Source of the DNA: Amoebophrya sp. A120
Lineage: Eukaryota > Protista > Dinoflagellata
Reading direction: 5' to 3'
NCBI GenBank assembly: GCA_905178155.1
Contig: CAJINV010000002.1
Coordinates: 4,428,249 to 4,463,137, forward strand
DNA length: 34,889 bases
Part shown: piece after piece, positions 9,601 through 19,429 of the stretch
How the letters are laid out: every line of letters begins with the position of its first letter
Numbering within the stretch: position 1 is the first letter of the stretch
Program-made: the position numbers and the translations under genes
Notes under the pieces: generated by a model
What the model was told of the DNA's origin: nothing
Database searches by the model: none
What the model saw: the letters and a program-made list of their open reading frames with translations, nothing else

Positions 9601-11979
9601 AAAATGTTGAAATTTGTATTGCAATTCCCACTAGGACTAGTACCACAATGCAGGTCTTTTTTGAATCCATAAGACTGGATGAGCGACAACAAGCAAGACA
9701 TGGAAGATTCCCAGGAGCGGCTCGACGCACTGAAGATCGAGATCGAGAAGCAAACCTCCACCGTTGAGTCTTCCACTGCGAAGTTAGCGGAGCTCGCCGA
9801 CGAGGCTGCGAAGGCGCAATCCACCCTCGCAAAGGCGTATCACGAGAAAAAAGTGTTACAGTTACCCAGGTGTTGGAGTTTCTGCATCACAGATTTTCTC
9901 TTGGTGGCAGAGAAAACGTGTAATGCGAAGATCATAAGCGAAAGCAGGAACAAAACGAGGCTCCCAAGCATTTCCTGCATGAGAAAGGTTGTCTGTGTTG
10001 CCGGTCTTGCATAGACTATGTGTGTAACTGTAACGCTTTTTTCTTGCGATAAGGCGGGCAAGACGCGGGCGGAGGAAAAAAAGGAAAACGCAGCGACGGT
10101 TGCGGACGCCAAGGTCGGGAGCGAGGCCGTGGACAAGGCCATTCAGGTATAATTGACGGAATTTTCATCTGTTTTCAGCATGACAGAACAGGTTTCCTTC
10201 GCTATTTGCGCATTAGGAACAGGTGTAGGTGGACTTTTGAACCTTTATCAATCTCGATTGCCAAATCGTGATCGCTGCTTCACAAAGAAAAATAATGTTG
10301 TTTGGTGTCCTGCAAGAGAAAGTGAAATTTAGTACTAGTCCCTGAATTTAAATTGCAATGATAAAAAACTATCAGATCCTGAACGATTTCTATGGTGACG
10401 CTGCGACGAAGACCTCCCTGGTTCAAGTGAAGCAGTATCCTGTGCAAAAGTATCGTACTAGTATGAATCGCAATACAAATTAGCTCAGCATTACAAACTT
10501 CACTTTGTAATGCTGATTCACCTTTATTTTTGTATTGCATAACTGCAATTAGTACGAGTGCGATACTTTTGCACTGCATAAGCAGCCAGAAGTGGACATG
10601 TCCGACATGCCCGACACCTTCGATTCCCCCTACACGGGCCAACAGTCCATGGGCGGTGGCGTCGTCGGTATCATGGAAGTGATTCTCTCGGACTTTTTAT
10701 TCTGTTTAAAAACGTCCCCACCCGGCCCAGAGTTCTTGTCATCGACAAATCTGCATGACAAGAAGTAGTCTCTCGTGCGAGGGAGACCGATGAGAGACAT
10801 TTTCTAGTCGTGGTTTGGAATAATTTGTGATGCTAGAAACAGCACGATGTGCTAGATTTGCGATGCTCCTGAACTAGCTTTAAACGCAATTACATATATG
10901 AGGACAAACTTGTCATGCGAAACAAACTAAAGCTGGTGGATTTGTCTAGCAGATTTCCCATCTTGGCTCTGATATGGGGACGTTTTTATGCAGGATACCT
11001 TCTGAAGCTCCTCCAAGAAACCGAAGCTGCGGAGTCCGCCGCACAGAAGGAGTACGACGAGTTGGTCCAAAATGAAGCCGAGGCCAAAGCCGCCCGGGAC
11101 GCGCAAATGTCTCACTATGCAATGCAAATATGTCATCTGGTTCCTCTGAAAGAACGCTGCAACTTGTCAAGTTTCTCATGCGGGAAAGGCATGATGGAGA
11201 TCTTACGGAATCTAGCATGCTAGGTCCTGCATCTTCCCACCCCTCATGATGTGTCAAGGCCATGGAAAACCTGCTTGACAAGCCTTCGGCTCATCATCTG
11301 GCAGATGACCCAGACATATTTGCAATGCATACCCACTTGGAGAAGACCAAAGCGAAAGCAAAGGCGGACTTGACCCAGGCTATGGGAGATTTGGAAACGG
11401 AAAAGTCCACCATGTCGTCGATCGTCGAGGCCAAGCGCGTGATCGAACAGGATAAGGGGTGTGTCATGGGCGCGGGGAATATCCACAGTAAATTTCCTGT
11501 ACACGTACAAATGCGGTCCCTGCATGACAAAACTTGGCTTCGATCCTAGTTTAGCATGACAAGTTTTATGCTCCAAATTGGCGAAATTTGTGATGCATCT
11601 TGTACATGTACGGGAAACTTGTATTGCATAGGCAAGACACCGGATGAGCTGTTCAAGGAAAGGTCGGACGCGAGAAAGGCGGAGATGGAGTCTTTTATGG
11701 CGTTCTCAGCTGTTACATCCTCAGCTGTTACATGGATTTGTGATGCAAGAACTGCAACAGTGAACAAATAGGGGACCGACCTTGCGCTTCTCGCATGACA
11801 GATTTGGCAAAGATTCTCAGCCTGTTGGGCTCGTCGGGAATTTGTCATGCGAAGTAGCTTCATCGTGCCGATTCTGATTGCAATTTTGCATGACACATCA
11901 TGTAACAGTTAAGAATGTAACATTTGAGAACGCCATATCTTTAGGGCAGGCGTTGGAGGTGTTGAAGGTGCAAACGTAG
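6698..11979 (+). CDS. Dinoflagellate-type secreted coiled-coil protein with duplicated halves (possibly trichocyst-matrix-like); 16 exons
   Basis: Signal peptide. Motifs IAKVLEML..FSQWC, YENQSGGVIKMLEDL, SFLQ, GPFDKIKKMIEDMIMKL..EA, PYTGQQSMGGGVVGIMEVILSDF and RKAEMESLGQALEVL*, which I recognise from an abundant dinoflagellate family. 12 introners plus GT-AG introns 7189-7371, 7624-7811 and 10147-10375; frame continuous to TAG 11977-11979. Function is inference. Confidence 0.85.
6944..7113. mobile_element. Introner family A
   Basis: TATGCATTGCAAAAG / CTTTTGCACAGAATA; flanks ACGAT/ACAAA. Confidence 0.85.
7959..8239. mobile_element. Introner family C
   Basis: TATCAAATGCAAATACGTCTGGG / CCCAGACATGTTTGCATTTGATA; TSD AAACG. 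Confidence 0.92.
8345..8630. mobile_element. Introner family D
   Basis: TATCCTGAGTAGAAACACCCC / GGGGATGTTTTTACTCAGGATA; TSD GACGC. Confidence 0.92.
8728..8878. mobile_element. Introner family A
   Basis: TATGAAGTGCAAAAGTATCG / CGATACTTTTGCACAGGATA; TSD CCAAA/CCAGA. Confidence 0.9.
8927..9168. mobile_element. Introner, degenerate TIR
   Basis: TATG...CATA; perfect TSD GAGAC; removal restores frame. Confidence 0.8.
9485..9671. mobile_element. Introner, degenerate
   Basis: TATGCAGTGAAAAAG / CTTTTTTGAATCCATA; flanks CCAGT/AGACT; element+5 gives ..QCVQ|WMSDNK. Confidence 0.8.
9838..10051. mobile_element. Introner family F
   Basis: TATCACGAGAAAAAAGTGTTACAGTTAC / GTAACTGTAACGCTTTTTTCTTGCGATA; TSD AGGCG. 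Confidence 0.92.
10436..10580. mobile_element. Introner family A
   Basis: TATCCTGTGCAAAAGTATCG / CGATACTTTTGCACTGCATA; TSD AGCAG. Confidence 0.92.
10698..10997. mobile_element. Introner family D
   Basis: TATTCTGTTTAAAAACGTCCCCA / TGGGGACGTTTTTATGCAGGATA; flanks CTTTT/CCTTC. Confidence 0.9.
11116..11331. mobile_element. Introner family C-related
   Basis: TATGCAATGCAAATATGTC / GACATATTTGCAATGCATA; TSD CTCAC/CCCAC. Confidence 0.9.
11480..11630. mobile_element. Introner
   Basis: TATCCACAGTAAATTTCCTGTACACGTACAA / TTGTACATGTACGGGAAACTTGTATTGCATA; TSD GGGAA/GGCAA. Confidence 0.88.
11696..11937. mobile_element. Introner
   Basis: TATGGCGTTCTCAGCTGTTACAT / ATGTAACATTTGAGAACGCCATA; TSD TCTTT. Confidence 0.92.
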
Positions 11980-12566
11980 AGGAGTGTTTGTTGTCGGGAT
12001 ATTAATTTACGTATGCTATTGCTAGTGCCTTTTCGTACTAGGAATTGAAGTTTCACTTTCATCTCAAGGAATTTTACAATTTTAGATTTACTGAAGATGA
12101 GTGTTTCACGCTTTTTTTTCTCTCTCCCCAAAACCCGAGCTGCAACTAGCAGGACGTCCATTCTCGTTTCTATAGTCTTAATGGTACATCAAATGGCAGT
12201 TATTTTTTTGGTACATCTTTTTGGCAAAGCAAGTCCTAGTCTTAATGGTAAATCAATGGTACAGAAGATTCTCGAGTAGAATGGTAAATGGTAAACAAGT
12301 CGAATGGTAAAAGGAGATCATGGATGGACTGTGTTGTGGCTCGACAGTTGTGAGTGAAAGAAGATAAGAGTGTGTGGGGAAACAGAAAAAAAAACTTGGA
12401 AGTACAACAGCTTGTATGATTACGATATTCACCTTCACGACAAACACAAAAGTACGCACACGGTGCGTTTTGATTTTATGTATGTCAGGCCAGGCTGATC
12501 ATGCTCCATCAAAAAAACCGTACTGCTGAGAGGTTGTGTTCTTCCAGGCACATGATCCACGCGCGC

Positions 12567-12619
12567 GATTTCAGTTGTGGCGCGAACAGGAGAGAGGTTA
12601 AAGTTGCGTCTTTAGGTCT
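12567..12619 (+). repeat. 53-bp leader repeat (copies at 14415, 16230, 18342; diverged copy at ~22550)
   Basis: GATTTCAGTTGTGGCGCGAACAGGAGAGAGGTTAAAGTTGCGTCTTTAGGTCT is identical at 12567 and 14415, with the same core at 16230 and 18342. Each of these four lies upstream of an ORF or ORF stub. Confidence 0.9.
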
Positions 12620-13738
12620 TTGACCAAGCTAGTGCAGTCGATTGATGTTGACCGGTTTCGTGAAGTGTTGTTTCCTGATGATGATGATGAAGAGAGTGGT
12701 GATACTGTGTCGAGCGGCCTGCGTTTTGCTTCTGAGGATCCTCCAGATGACCACCAGCTGTTGACGTTGCATCTCGAGCGGCAGCACGCGGATATCTGCC
12801 GCGAGGTCGAAGAGTGCCCCTTCTTCACCACACGGCGATACGACCATGGGAGTAGGGCGATCGCGTCCGTGCGCTGCGTCTGCCAGGAGTGTCGCCAGTT
12901 TGTCTCGCGTCGTCAGGCCAGGGGAGCGAGGGCAAGAGCGGCGTCCGGGTCTTCTTCCGTTTCAATTCCAGACTCGATTGATGGTGATGATGTTGATGTA
13001 GGGTGCGAGTCAGATGAGGACTTCGTGCTTGAGGTTGGTGCTCGGGGTGAGCCCAGCCCGGTAGCTAGCCGCGGCGCAGCAGCCGATGACGATCCTGCTG
13101 AGCTCAAGTTGCGTTTTCCCTCTGACCAACAGCGGCTCTTTGCTAACCTGAAGACCGCGTTTCGGCACATGCGCTACAGGAAACAGAAAGATGCGGAAGC
13201 GGTTTTTGCGTCACTGATCCCGCCCCCTCCTGCGAAGCCCAAGGAGACCACTACCAGCGCGAGACCTGTCCGTGCTCTCGACGCTGACGCCCCCCCGCAA
13301 CGATCCAAGAAGCCCACGCCCTCCCAAGCGCTTGACCCCGATCTGCGTCCGGAGCAGCTCGTCGTCGATGTTGGGCATGCTGATGTTGTTGCTGGTGCCG
13401 AAGCTGACGGTGATGACCCTCCCGCGCCGCTTCCCAAGGGTATTACGTGGTGCACATCCATTCCAGGAGCGGAGTCTCGTGCCTTTGGTGGAGTTTTGCT
13501 TGTGCGGGTTACGAGCGCCAAGCTCCCTGACGGGACCACACACCACGTTTCCCGCCACGTTGATCCAGCCGCCTATGGGAACAGCGCGACTTTAGCAATC
13601 GAAGCGGCAATTGCGTTGCGGGCTCAGGTCGTCGTTGACCCGGCGCCCTTCATTGCGAAAACCAGGGCGATGCGGAAGCCGAAAAAAAAGAAGAAAAGTG
13701 GTGAAGGTGTGGCGATCGCTCTGAGTGCTGTGAAGTAG
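12620..13738 (+). CDS. Intronless ORF with C-terminal AP2-like DNA-binding domain, N-terminal Cys/His cluster and basic NLS; no ATG at its 5' end
   Basis: 372-codon open frame. LPKGITW..LLVRV..PDGTTHHVSRHVDPAAYGNSATLAIEAAIALR resembles the AP2 pattern (G-V/I strand, F/V-x-x-x-x-YG, A..AI..R helix). Also CxCxxC and RKPKKKKK. Confidence 0.6.
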   Translation: MTKLVQSIDVDRFREVLFPDDDDEESGDTVSSGLRFASEDPPDDHQLLTLHLERQHADICREVEECPFFTTRRYDHGSRAIASVRCVCQECRQFVSRRQARGARARAASGSSSVSIPDSIDGDDVDVGCESDEDFVLEVGARGEPSPVASRGAAADDDPAELKLRFPSDQQRLFANLKTAFRHMRYRKQKDAEAVFASLIPPPPAKPKETTTSARPVRALDADAPPQRSKKPTPSQALDPDLRPEQLVVDVGHADVVAGAEADGDDPPAPLPKGITWCTSIPGAESRAFGGVLLVRVTSAKLPDGTTHHVSRHVDPAAYGNSATLAIEAAIALRAQVVVDPAPFIAKTRAMRKPKKKKKSGEGVAIALSAVK

Positions 13739-14414
13739 ATGTTGTTTTTTTAAGAGATAAGCATGTTTTTTGTAGTTAGTAGGTCCTGGGGGAGATAGAG
13801 TTTTGGTAGTTTGAATTTCATCTTTCTCTGCATAACTATGAGGCTTTCCTCTTTTAACAGTATAGTTCGTTAGTAGCTTCGTGCAAAAAAGAAAAAGAAA
13901 TACGATATCTCCCGGTCGGTTCGTTCAAACAAAATAAAAAACACAAAAAAAAAAACCTGTATCTTTCTAGTAGTGCAGTCTCTCTGTCTCTTTGCAGCAA
14001 GGTAAAAGTCAAACTATCTGAGTTTGGCTTTCTTTTTTCTTTTACCTTTCTTTTTCTCAGCTGAGAGCTTTGCTAGTCCGCAACACGAGGGTGTACTGAT
14101 GAGAGACGAGTGACGTCGTGTTTTGTCTCTCTTGGTAACGCCGTTGTTGATAATCTTGCGATGCTATTACACGATCACTGGGTTTAATGTTTTACCTGAG
14201 TTCCATTTTAAACTTGATCGCCGGGAAGGGACCGCGGTACGTGTTAAAGGCTTCGCACTTCGTAGTTAAACTCTTACAAGCTCTGAGGATCCATCAAGCT
14301 CGCCTTGTCCCGATGCTATGGTGGAAAAACAGACTCACTAACGGTAGTGAAAGCCCAAAAAAGCTGTTGTTTTCCATGATCTCACATGTATCGCCATGTC
14401 ACATGTATCGCCTT

Positions 14415-16229
14415 GATTTCAGTTGTGGCGCGAACAGGAGAGAGGTTAAAGTTGCGTCTTTAGGTCTGTAAGACGTGATGACGATTGTGATTGTTTGCTT
14501 TCTTGGAAGTGCAAGTGGGAGATGTGGGTCCACGACCAGGGTCTGCTTTTTTCACTGAATGTGATGGACGTGCAATAATTAACACCGTCTCGACGTCCAA
14601 AACCTATAGCTTCACGTTTTGAAAACCATGTCGACTACATCGTCCGCCGTCGAGATTACTCTGCAGAGTTTTGGTCTCCCCAGTATGATTGAGGCTTTAC
14701 ACCAAATGCACCGGGTGGCTATACAAAACCTTAGCCATTACATAAAGAACCTTTCAGCAATTTGTTGTGGTTGTTGTATATGGAATTAAGTATAGTTTTT
14801 TTTATCGAATTGCGTAAGCAAAAGTAGATGATCTACTGTAGATCACACATGTTCAAGCTGCACGACACCGGAAGCAAATTGATTATAGCTGTGAAGCCGA
14901 CAAGTCCGACACTCGTAAAAGGATACCTGACTAGGACTACCACGCGCAACCGCGATCAGAGAAAGAGATGCATGTGTCCCGCCGGCCACGCGCGAATGCC
15001 CCCTCCCCCGTCTCCCTGCAACGCCTCCTCGGAGAGGCCGTCGGTTGCTACGGGTGCGGCACGAAAAACCCTCACGGCTTCCAGCTGCACAGCTACGTCA
15101 AGCGGTTTTCGCATGACAAATCTGCAACGAAAAAAACCCACGTTGCGGTGGAGAGTCTCTGGCACCCGAAAGAACATTATGACAGTACACAACTCCCCCT
15201 CCCCTTCATTTGTATTGCATGAGCGGCAATGCAAGCAACAGCAAGAGCGCCCGTTTTATTGCAATACGAATTTACGCTCCTGGAGTGTAGTACGATTTGG
15301 GCTTTCGGAATTTGTCATGCAAACGGTGCCACAGGGCAGCGACTGGACTCGGGATTTTGCATGACAAACAAGGCCCGAGCACGGGGACAGAGTCCCCGTG
15401 CGGCGACCTTCCGGCATTTGTCTGCGCGGTGGCACTGGGCAGGCAGGTGGGTCGCCTGCAGCTAGGTATCTCGGTGCGCCTTGCATTCACTGACCCGCGA
15501 CGGGCCTGCGGACGCCGCCCCCTGTCTTGCGCGCACTAGATTCATTAGCCTGCCGCGCGCAAAGATAAAAATAAGAAACGAAGAAACTGGCGCAACCCCA
15601 TGAGAGCCATTTCCAGTCGTGTTTTGGACTTTGTGATGCTGTAAACAGGATGAGTAGATTGACTTGTGTTGCGGCTGTACTTGCTATAAACTGCACTACA
15701 CTACAGAGAGGAACTTGTCATGCTTGATTCCCAAAACTTCTCGATTTGTGTTGCGAGATCCCCATCTTGACTATGGGGTGGGGACGTTTTTACGCAGGAT
15801 ACCATGTTCTGGATCTCCACCCCGTGAAGCTCGGGCGGGGCGGAAAACACGGGGAAGGGGACGACGAGGAGCGTGGGTATTACACCGATGAAGACAGCGA
15901 CTACGAGAACGATAGCAACGTGTTCAACGATAGTGAAGATGAGGGCCGGTGGGAGTTTTTATGAAAGCCTCAGGTTGGAAATCCTCAAAGTGAAAATGAT
16001 TTGTAATGCAAATAAACGACTCCAGTTGAGGCACCATTTCTAGCCGGCGCAAGACAAATTTAGTGGGCACTCGAAACGTGTCTGTCATGCTAGCTAGGCA
16101 AAGGGGTGCCTTTCTCTCGTGCTAATCAGTAGCCCAGTTCTGACCCGTACAAGCACAATAGTCGGCCTCCATTGCGTTCTCTGCAATACCAATACACTCT
16201 TTTTGGTCTCGCATTTCATGCATCACAAA
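14415..16229 (+). pseudogene. Collapsed duplicate: MSTTS-gene leader and start + thioesterase 5' part + ASCC1 fragment + three partial introners
   Basis: 14415-14642 matches 16230-16462. 14640-15177 matches 22848-23358. 15590-15959 matches 30248-30511 joined to 30782-30892. Partial introners at 15178 (B), 15590-15801 (D) and 15960 (E). Confidence 0.85.
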
Positions 16230-16449
16230 CAGTTGTGGCGCGAACAGGAGAGAGGTTAAAGTTGCGTCTTTAGGTCTGTGAGACGTGATGATGATTGTGA
16301 TTCTTTGCTTCTTCCTGCTTGGACGAAGTGGGACACGTGGCCGCACAACCAGGAGGGTCTGCTTCTTTCATTGAATGTGATGGATGTGCAATAACCATCG
16401 TCTCCACATCAACTTCAACCAACTTCATAGTTTCACGTTTAAAAAAACC

Positions 16450-17346
16450 ATGTCGACTACATCCGACGGAGTTGTCGGTCCTGAGCAACAGGAATCGCAA
16501 AAGCGACCTGCATTCTTGCTCGACGACCTTACTCGCCGGGTGTGCTTTTGGAGAAAAGAAGAAACATCTACCAATGGAGTTGCGGGTGGTATTGTACAAG
16601 AACAGGAATCGCAAACGCGACCTGCATTCTTGTTCGACGACGTCATCCGCCGGGTTTGCTTTTGGAGAAAGGAAGAGAGCGTGAAAGTACCAGGGAAAAA
16701 TGTGATGCAGAAACCGCAAACGGAATTCGACAAGATCCTTGCGGAGTACGAAAAGGATTTGAAGAAGGATGTCGCGGAGCAGGCAGATGCGGCCAACAAG
16801 CAGAAATACACAACAACTGGAAATATTTTCGGGTTTGTGCTCTCGCCGAGCAAGATGAACAAATCGACGAGCGGCAGTGTGACGACAAGCAACTGCTCAT
16901 CTGCGTCTATCAAGAAACAGCAGAAATCACGGCAGCGCGGCACCAAGACCGGCAGTTCCAAGAACGCCGCTACTGTCTCTTCCGCTGCGCCGGGTGGTGG
17001 TGAAGAACATGATGAAATCAAGCTCGTGGACAATATCGCGAACGACTCTCGTAGAAGTGAATCGGAGACCACCACCACAAGTACAGATGAACCCGAGTGC
17101 TCCTGTGCGGGTCGCTCGGACGAGACCAAATCCACAGCCTGCACGACCTCCTGGTGGCGGAAAATTTTGCTTTTCCTCGGGGTTTTTACCGGTTTGTTGA
17201 CACCCGTATCACCAGTGACGATAACTTCTTGCTTCACCTCCTTGATTGCATGTCATTCGGACCTTTTGTCGTGTTTGTTTGTCATGTCATGCTCGGGGGA
17301 ATCAATGAAACTGCGCCTGAACAATTTGTATAAATGCAAGCAGTAA
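16450..17346 (+). CDS. Intronless hypothetical membrane protein, paralog 1
   Basis: MSTTSDGVVGPEQQ..; two EQESQxRPAFLxDDxxRRVCFWRKEE repeats; coiled segment; WWRKILLFLGVFTGLLTPV hydrophobic segment. 3' end diverges from paralog 2. Confidence 0.7.
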   Translation: MSTTSDGVVGPEQQESQKRPAFLLDDLTRRVCFWRKEETSTNGVAGGIVQEQESQTRPAFLFDDVIRRVCFWRKEESVKVPGKNVMQKPQTEFDKILAEYEKDLKKDVAEQADAANKQKYTTTGNIFGFVLSPSKMNKSTSGSVTTSNCSSASIKKQQKSRQRGTKTGSSKNAATVSSAAPGGGEEHDEIKLVDNIANDSRRSESETTTTSTDEPECSCAGRSDETKSTACTTSWWRKILLFLGVFTGLLTPVSPVTITSCFTSLIACHSDLLSCLFVMSCSGESMKLRLNNLYKCKQ

Positions 17347-18550
17347 AAAGATGAAGATCTCTGCGTCCACCGTTTTATCTTTAGTATTGTTCTTTCATGC
17401 TGCACTTGCTCTTATACCACGCGCGAAGCGGTGTGTCGCAGGGAAAGTTATTGCAAAATCTGATAGCTGACGTTTGTTCTCGCGCGACAGCACATGGGGA
17501 GGCGGATGCGGTACGCTGTTGCAAAAATGTAGCTTTGCCCGTAGAGTCCATGATGTTGGATATTCAAGGCAGATGATTGATCATTCTCATTGCGCTTTTC
17601 AATACTAAAGAAGATCTGCATCGTGCGTATCAATCTTTGTTTCGTGTCCTCGCATCTGTAGTCGCCACAGAGTCAAGCATTTTTGCAATGCATACCGGAT
17701 CGAGCGAGGACATCGATCCAGCGGGTGGCGAGGGGCCAAGTATGGGAATGTCAGGCCTGAAATTGCAATTGGTAAAGTTCAAACCGAAACGATTTGCAAT
17801 GCATAAAATCGACTCCAGTTCGATCCACAGTTTTTACCCGGCCCGTAGCATCAAATTTTCCTAGAATCTCGAGCAAATCTGTCATGCTGTGCAGCAGGGG
17901 AGATGAACCAGAAGAGCTCGTTCCTTCTGTCATGCTAGTCATTTGCCCAGCTCTACTTGGCTTTGACCTTTAGCAGGACGATAATCATCTGCCTGCCTTG
18001 CGTCCCCTGCAATGGAGTCGCTTTCTGTGTCGCATTATACACATCATAGTTTACGTATTTCAACCTCGTCAATCTGTGTCCTGACGTTTCCATACCAACA
18101 TGGGGCGCAGGAATAGTCCAGCAGAAGCAAACGGCGGTGGAGATCGATGGATCGGCTAGTGTGTCGACGACTGGTATGGGACGAAAAAATTTACAGCGTA
18201 CAGCATTGATATTCATATTCTTTTTCTTCCGTTCCTCATCACATTGTAATCTATCTGTGTGAAGGCTGTAGTTTTGCATGTATCATCCTCATGACCACTG
18301 AAGCCGAGCTACGTATACGCACGTTAGAAGAGTGCTTCAAGTTCAGTTGTGGCGCGAACAGGAGAGAGGTTAAAGTTGCGTCTTTAGGTCTGTGAGACGT
18401 GATGATGATTGTGATTCTTTGCTTCTTCCTGCTTGGACGAAGTGGGACACGTGGCTCCACGACCAGGAGGGTCTGCTTCTTTCACTCAATGTGATGGATG
18501 TGCAATTTTCAACACTTCAACCAACTTCATAGTTTCACGTTTAAAAGAAC

Positions 18551-19429
18551 ATGTCGACTACATCCGACGGAGTTGTCGTTCCTGAGCAACAGGAAGCGCA
18601 AGAGCGACCTGCCTTGCTCGACGACCTCACTCGTCGGCTGATGTGCCTCTGGAGAAAAGAAGAAATGCAAACATGTACCAGCGATGGTGTTGGTGGTGCT
18701 GGGCAAGAACAGGAATCGCAAACGCGACCTGCATTTTTGTCCGACTACCTGTTCCGACGGGTTGTGTGTTTTTGGCGGAAGGAGGAGGAGGTGAAAATGC
18801 CCGGCAAAGCAACCGCACCGCAGAAAACGAAAACGGAATTCGACAAGATCCTTGCGGAGTACGAAAAGGATTTGAAGAAGGATGTCGCGGAGCAGGCGGA
18901 TGCGGCCAACAAGCAGAAATACACAACAGCTGGGAATATTTTCGGGCTTGTGCTCTCGCCGAGCAAGATGAAAAACTCTACTAAAGCGACGTCTGCTACC
19001 AACGATCCGTCCACAGTGTCGGCGCAACCAATCAACAGCGGCAGTTTGACAGCTAGTAGCTCGTCTGCGTCTACCACGAAACAGCAGAAATCACGGCGGC
19101 GCGGCATCAAGACGGGCAGAAGTTCCAAGAACGCCAGTACTAGTGTCTCTACTGCGCTGGGCGGTGGTGAAAAACATGATGAAGTCAAGCTCGTGGACGA
19201 CATTGCGAACAACTCTCGTAGAAGTGAATCCGAGACCACCACTACAAGTACGGATGAAGCCGAGTGCTCCTGTGCGGGTCGCTCGGACGAGAACAAATCC
19301 ACAACCTGCACCAGCTCCTGGTGGTGGAAAGTTTTGCTTTTCCTCGGCGCTTTGACCGTTTTGACACCGGTATATTTATACATAGATACCACGACGCCTG
19401 AACAAGTAGATGAGATGATTTGCATTTGA
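18551..19429 (+). CDS. Intronless hypothetical tail-anchored membrane protein, paralog 2 (292 aa)
   Basis: Clear paralog of 16450-17346 with frame-preserving indels; C-terminal WWWKVLLFLGALTVLTPVYLYI. Confidence 0.75.
   Translation: MSTTSDGVVVPEQQEAQERPALLDDLTRRLMCLWRKEEMQTCTSDGVGGAGQEQESQTRPAFLSDYLFRRVVCFWRKEEEVKMPGKATAPQKTKTEFDKILAEYEKDLKKDVAEQADAANKQKYTTAGNIFGLVLSPSKMKNSTKATSATNDPSTVSAQPINSGSLTASSSSASTTKQQKSRRRGIKTGRSSKNASTSVSTALGGGEKHDEVKLVDDIANNSRRSESETTTTSTDEAECSCAGRSDENKSTTCTSSWWWKVLLFLGALTVLTPVYLYIDTTTPEQVDEMICI

Noticed and set aside
12578-12595. TGGCGCGAACAGG resembles a tRNA-Lys primer-binding site (TGGCGCCCGAACAGGGAC)
   Set aside because: The match needs a 2-nt gap, and there is no LTR pair or gag/pol nearby.
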